Source: Octopus sinensis (Eukaryota). Taken from it: a DNA stretch of 7,518 nucleotides. The stretch is from the NCBI RefSeq assembly GCF_006345805.1, contig NW_021828851.1, forward strand, positions 1-7,518, in the 5' to 3' direction. Shown here in pieces: positions 6,192-7,518 of the stretch (its first letter is position 1; each line of letters opens with the position of its first letter). Position numbers and translations under genes: made by a program. The notes below the pieces were generated by a model. The model saw only the letters and a program-made list of their open reading frames with translations, was not told the DNA's origin and ran no database searches.

Positions 6192-6594
6192 ACACTTTTA
6201 CTTGTTTCAGTCATTTGACTGCGGCCATGCTGGAGCACCACATTTAGTCGAGCAAATCAACCCCAGGACTTATTCTTCGTAAGCCTAGTACTTATTCTAT
6301 CGGTCTCTTTTGCCGAACCGTTAAGTTACGGGGACGTAACACACCAGCATCGGTTGTCAAGCGATGTTGAGGGGACAAATACAGACACACAAACGTATAC
6401 ACACACAATACATATATACATGCATATATACGACGGGCTTCTTTTCAGTTTCCGTCTATCATATCCATTCATAAGGCTTTGGTCGGCCCGAGGCTATAGT
6501 AGAAGACACTTGCCCAAGATGCTACGCAGTGGGACTGAACCCAGAACCATGTGGTTGGTAAGCAAGCTACTTACCACACAGCCACTCCCACGCT
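6155..6594 (-). mobile_element. SINE family A, copy 3
   Basis: Colinear with copies 1 and 4; the tail contains a (CT)14 expansion at 6162-6189. Confidence 0.93.
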
Positions 6595-6604
6595 TATATT
6601 ATAC

Positions 6605-6820
6605 TGATTCAATGAAATTTTGGCACTCAGCAATTTCCTGGTAGGAAATAAGTCGATTACATCGATCCCCTAGTGTGTAACTGGTATTTATTTTATTGAC
6701 CCCGAAAGATTGAAAAGCAAAGTCGACCCCGGTGTAATCGGAACTCAGAGCGTAAAGACAAACGAAATGCTACTAAACATTTTGTCCGGCATGCTAACGA
6801 TTCTGCCAGCTCACCGCCTT
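6605..6820 (-). mobile_element. tRNA-derived SINE (family D), diverged
   Basis: Minus strand AAGGCGGTGAGCTGGCAGAATCGTTAGC; A-box-like 6798-6808; degenerate B box GAGTTCCGATTACACC (6731-6746); central GTCGACTTTGCTTTTCAATCTTTCGGGGTCAATAAAATAAATACCAG domain. The 3' boundary is approximate. Confidence 0.82.
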
Positions 6821-6990
6821 CGTTTAGTGAATTTTATATTAATAAAATTTGTTTGTTTTTTTTTGTATAGAACCACCTCTATTGCATAATTCCAATTTTA
6901 TTCTGCACATGCGGCTCTTTGCCAAGCAGTGTATAGTTTATACTTTATCTCTATAATCTTCAGACCAACTGATTCGATTTCACTTTGAAA

Positions 6991-7060
6991 GTGACACGAG
7001 TACGTGACATTGAAAAGCCGCAACACCGGCGAAATACGTGTCGGTCGCTCTCACGGTCAT
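6991..7060 (+). ncRNA. Extended type I hammerhead ribozyme-like motif with a U3-A8 compensated core
   Basis: UUGAAAA core (7010-7016); stem II GCCG/CGGC with loop CAACAC; GAAA (7031-7034); stem III A-U plus U.G capped by palindromic ACGU; GUC triplet (7040-7042); stem I GUGAC/GUCGC plus distal GAG/CUC and GUGAC/GUCAU. One A.G mismatch at the 2.1/1.1 pair. Confidence 0.75.
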
Positions 7061-7100
7061 TTGATGGGGCGATTTCGTTTCGCATAGATCTGAAGTACAA

Positions 7101-7508
7101 TACTCTTTTACTCTTTTACTCTTTTACTTGTTTCAGTCATTTGACTGCGGCCATGCTGGAGCACCGCCTTTAGTCGAGCAAATCGACCCCAGGTCTTATT
7201 CTTTGTAAGCACATTACTTATTCTATCGGTCTCTTTTGCCGAACCGCTAAGTAACGGGGACATAAACACACCAGCATCGGTTGTCAAGCAAAGCTAGGGG
7301 AACAAACACAGACACACAAACACACACACACATATATATATATACATATATACGACAGGCTTCTTTCAGTTTTCGTCTACCAAATCCACTCACAAGGCTT
7401 TGGTCGGCCCGGGGCTATAGCAGAAGACACTTGCCCAAGATGCCGCGCAGTGGGACTGAACCCGGAACCATGTGGTTGGTTAGCAAGCTACTTACCACAT
7501 AGCCACTC
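7101..7508 (-). mobile_element. SINE family A, copy 4
   Basis: Perfect tail (TACTCTTT)3 at 7101-7124; the head lacks the first ~7 nt seen in copy 1; B-box-like GGTTCAGTCC present. Confidence 0.93.
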
Positions 7509-7518
7509 AAACACAATA

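Noticed and set aside
6851-6960. Splice-acceptor-like ttttttttgtatag| at 6870
   Set aside because: All three downstream frames close within ~30 codons with no recognisable peptide.
6980-6994. Palindromes tcacttt-g-aaagtga (here) and ctgata-aa-tatcag (5394-5407)
   Set aside because: Short AT-rich palindromes are expected by chance. The first overlaps the distal stem I of the hammerhead and matters only for construct design.
7097-7518. Possible TSD ACAATA (7097-7102 and 7513-7518) around SINE A copy 4
   Set aside because: Only 6 bp, overlaps the tail, is offset from the head by 4 nt and is cut by the window edge. Similar short matches around copies 2 and 3 are also unconvincing.
1-7518. CRISPR-like or other prokaryotic defence arrays
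   Set aside because: The repeated units are dispersed eukaryotic SINEs and microsatellites, with no regular repeat-spacer periodicity.

Overview
Repeat-saturated, AT-rich eukaryotic DNA, most likely octopus (inferred from the SINE families, which I recognise but could not verify by search). It is probably intronic or intergenic, and no intact protein-coding gene is supported. The ORF-track entries come from microsatellites, triplet low-complexity DNA or SINEs. The window holds: four copies of one tRNA/CORE-like SINE with an internal microsatellite; three other tRNA-derived SINEs, one with a perfect 12-bp TSD; two head-to-tail Helitron-like non-autonomous elements; a hAT-like MITE split by a SINE; and ~1.4 kb of trinucleotide low-complexity DNA that switches strand polarity. 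The most notable signals are (i) three hammerhead-ribozyme-like motifs of the Penelope/retrozyme type at 1104-1135 (-), 2092-2126 (+) and 6991-7060 (+), the last an extended type I fold with a U3-A8 compensated core; (ii) a decayed Penelope-like reverse-transcriptase fragment at 3594-3776 that the ORF track misses; and (iii) an 85-bp near-perfect fold-back built from a SINE 3' domain at 2286-2469. All calls are by eye, without alignment or folding software.
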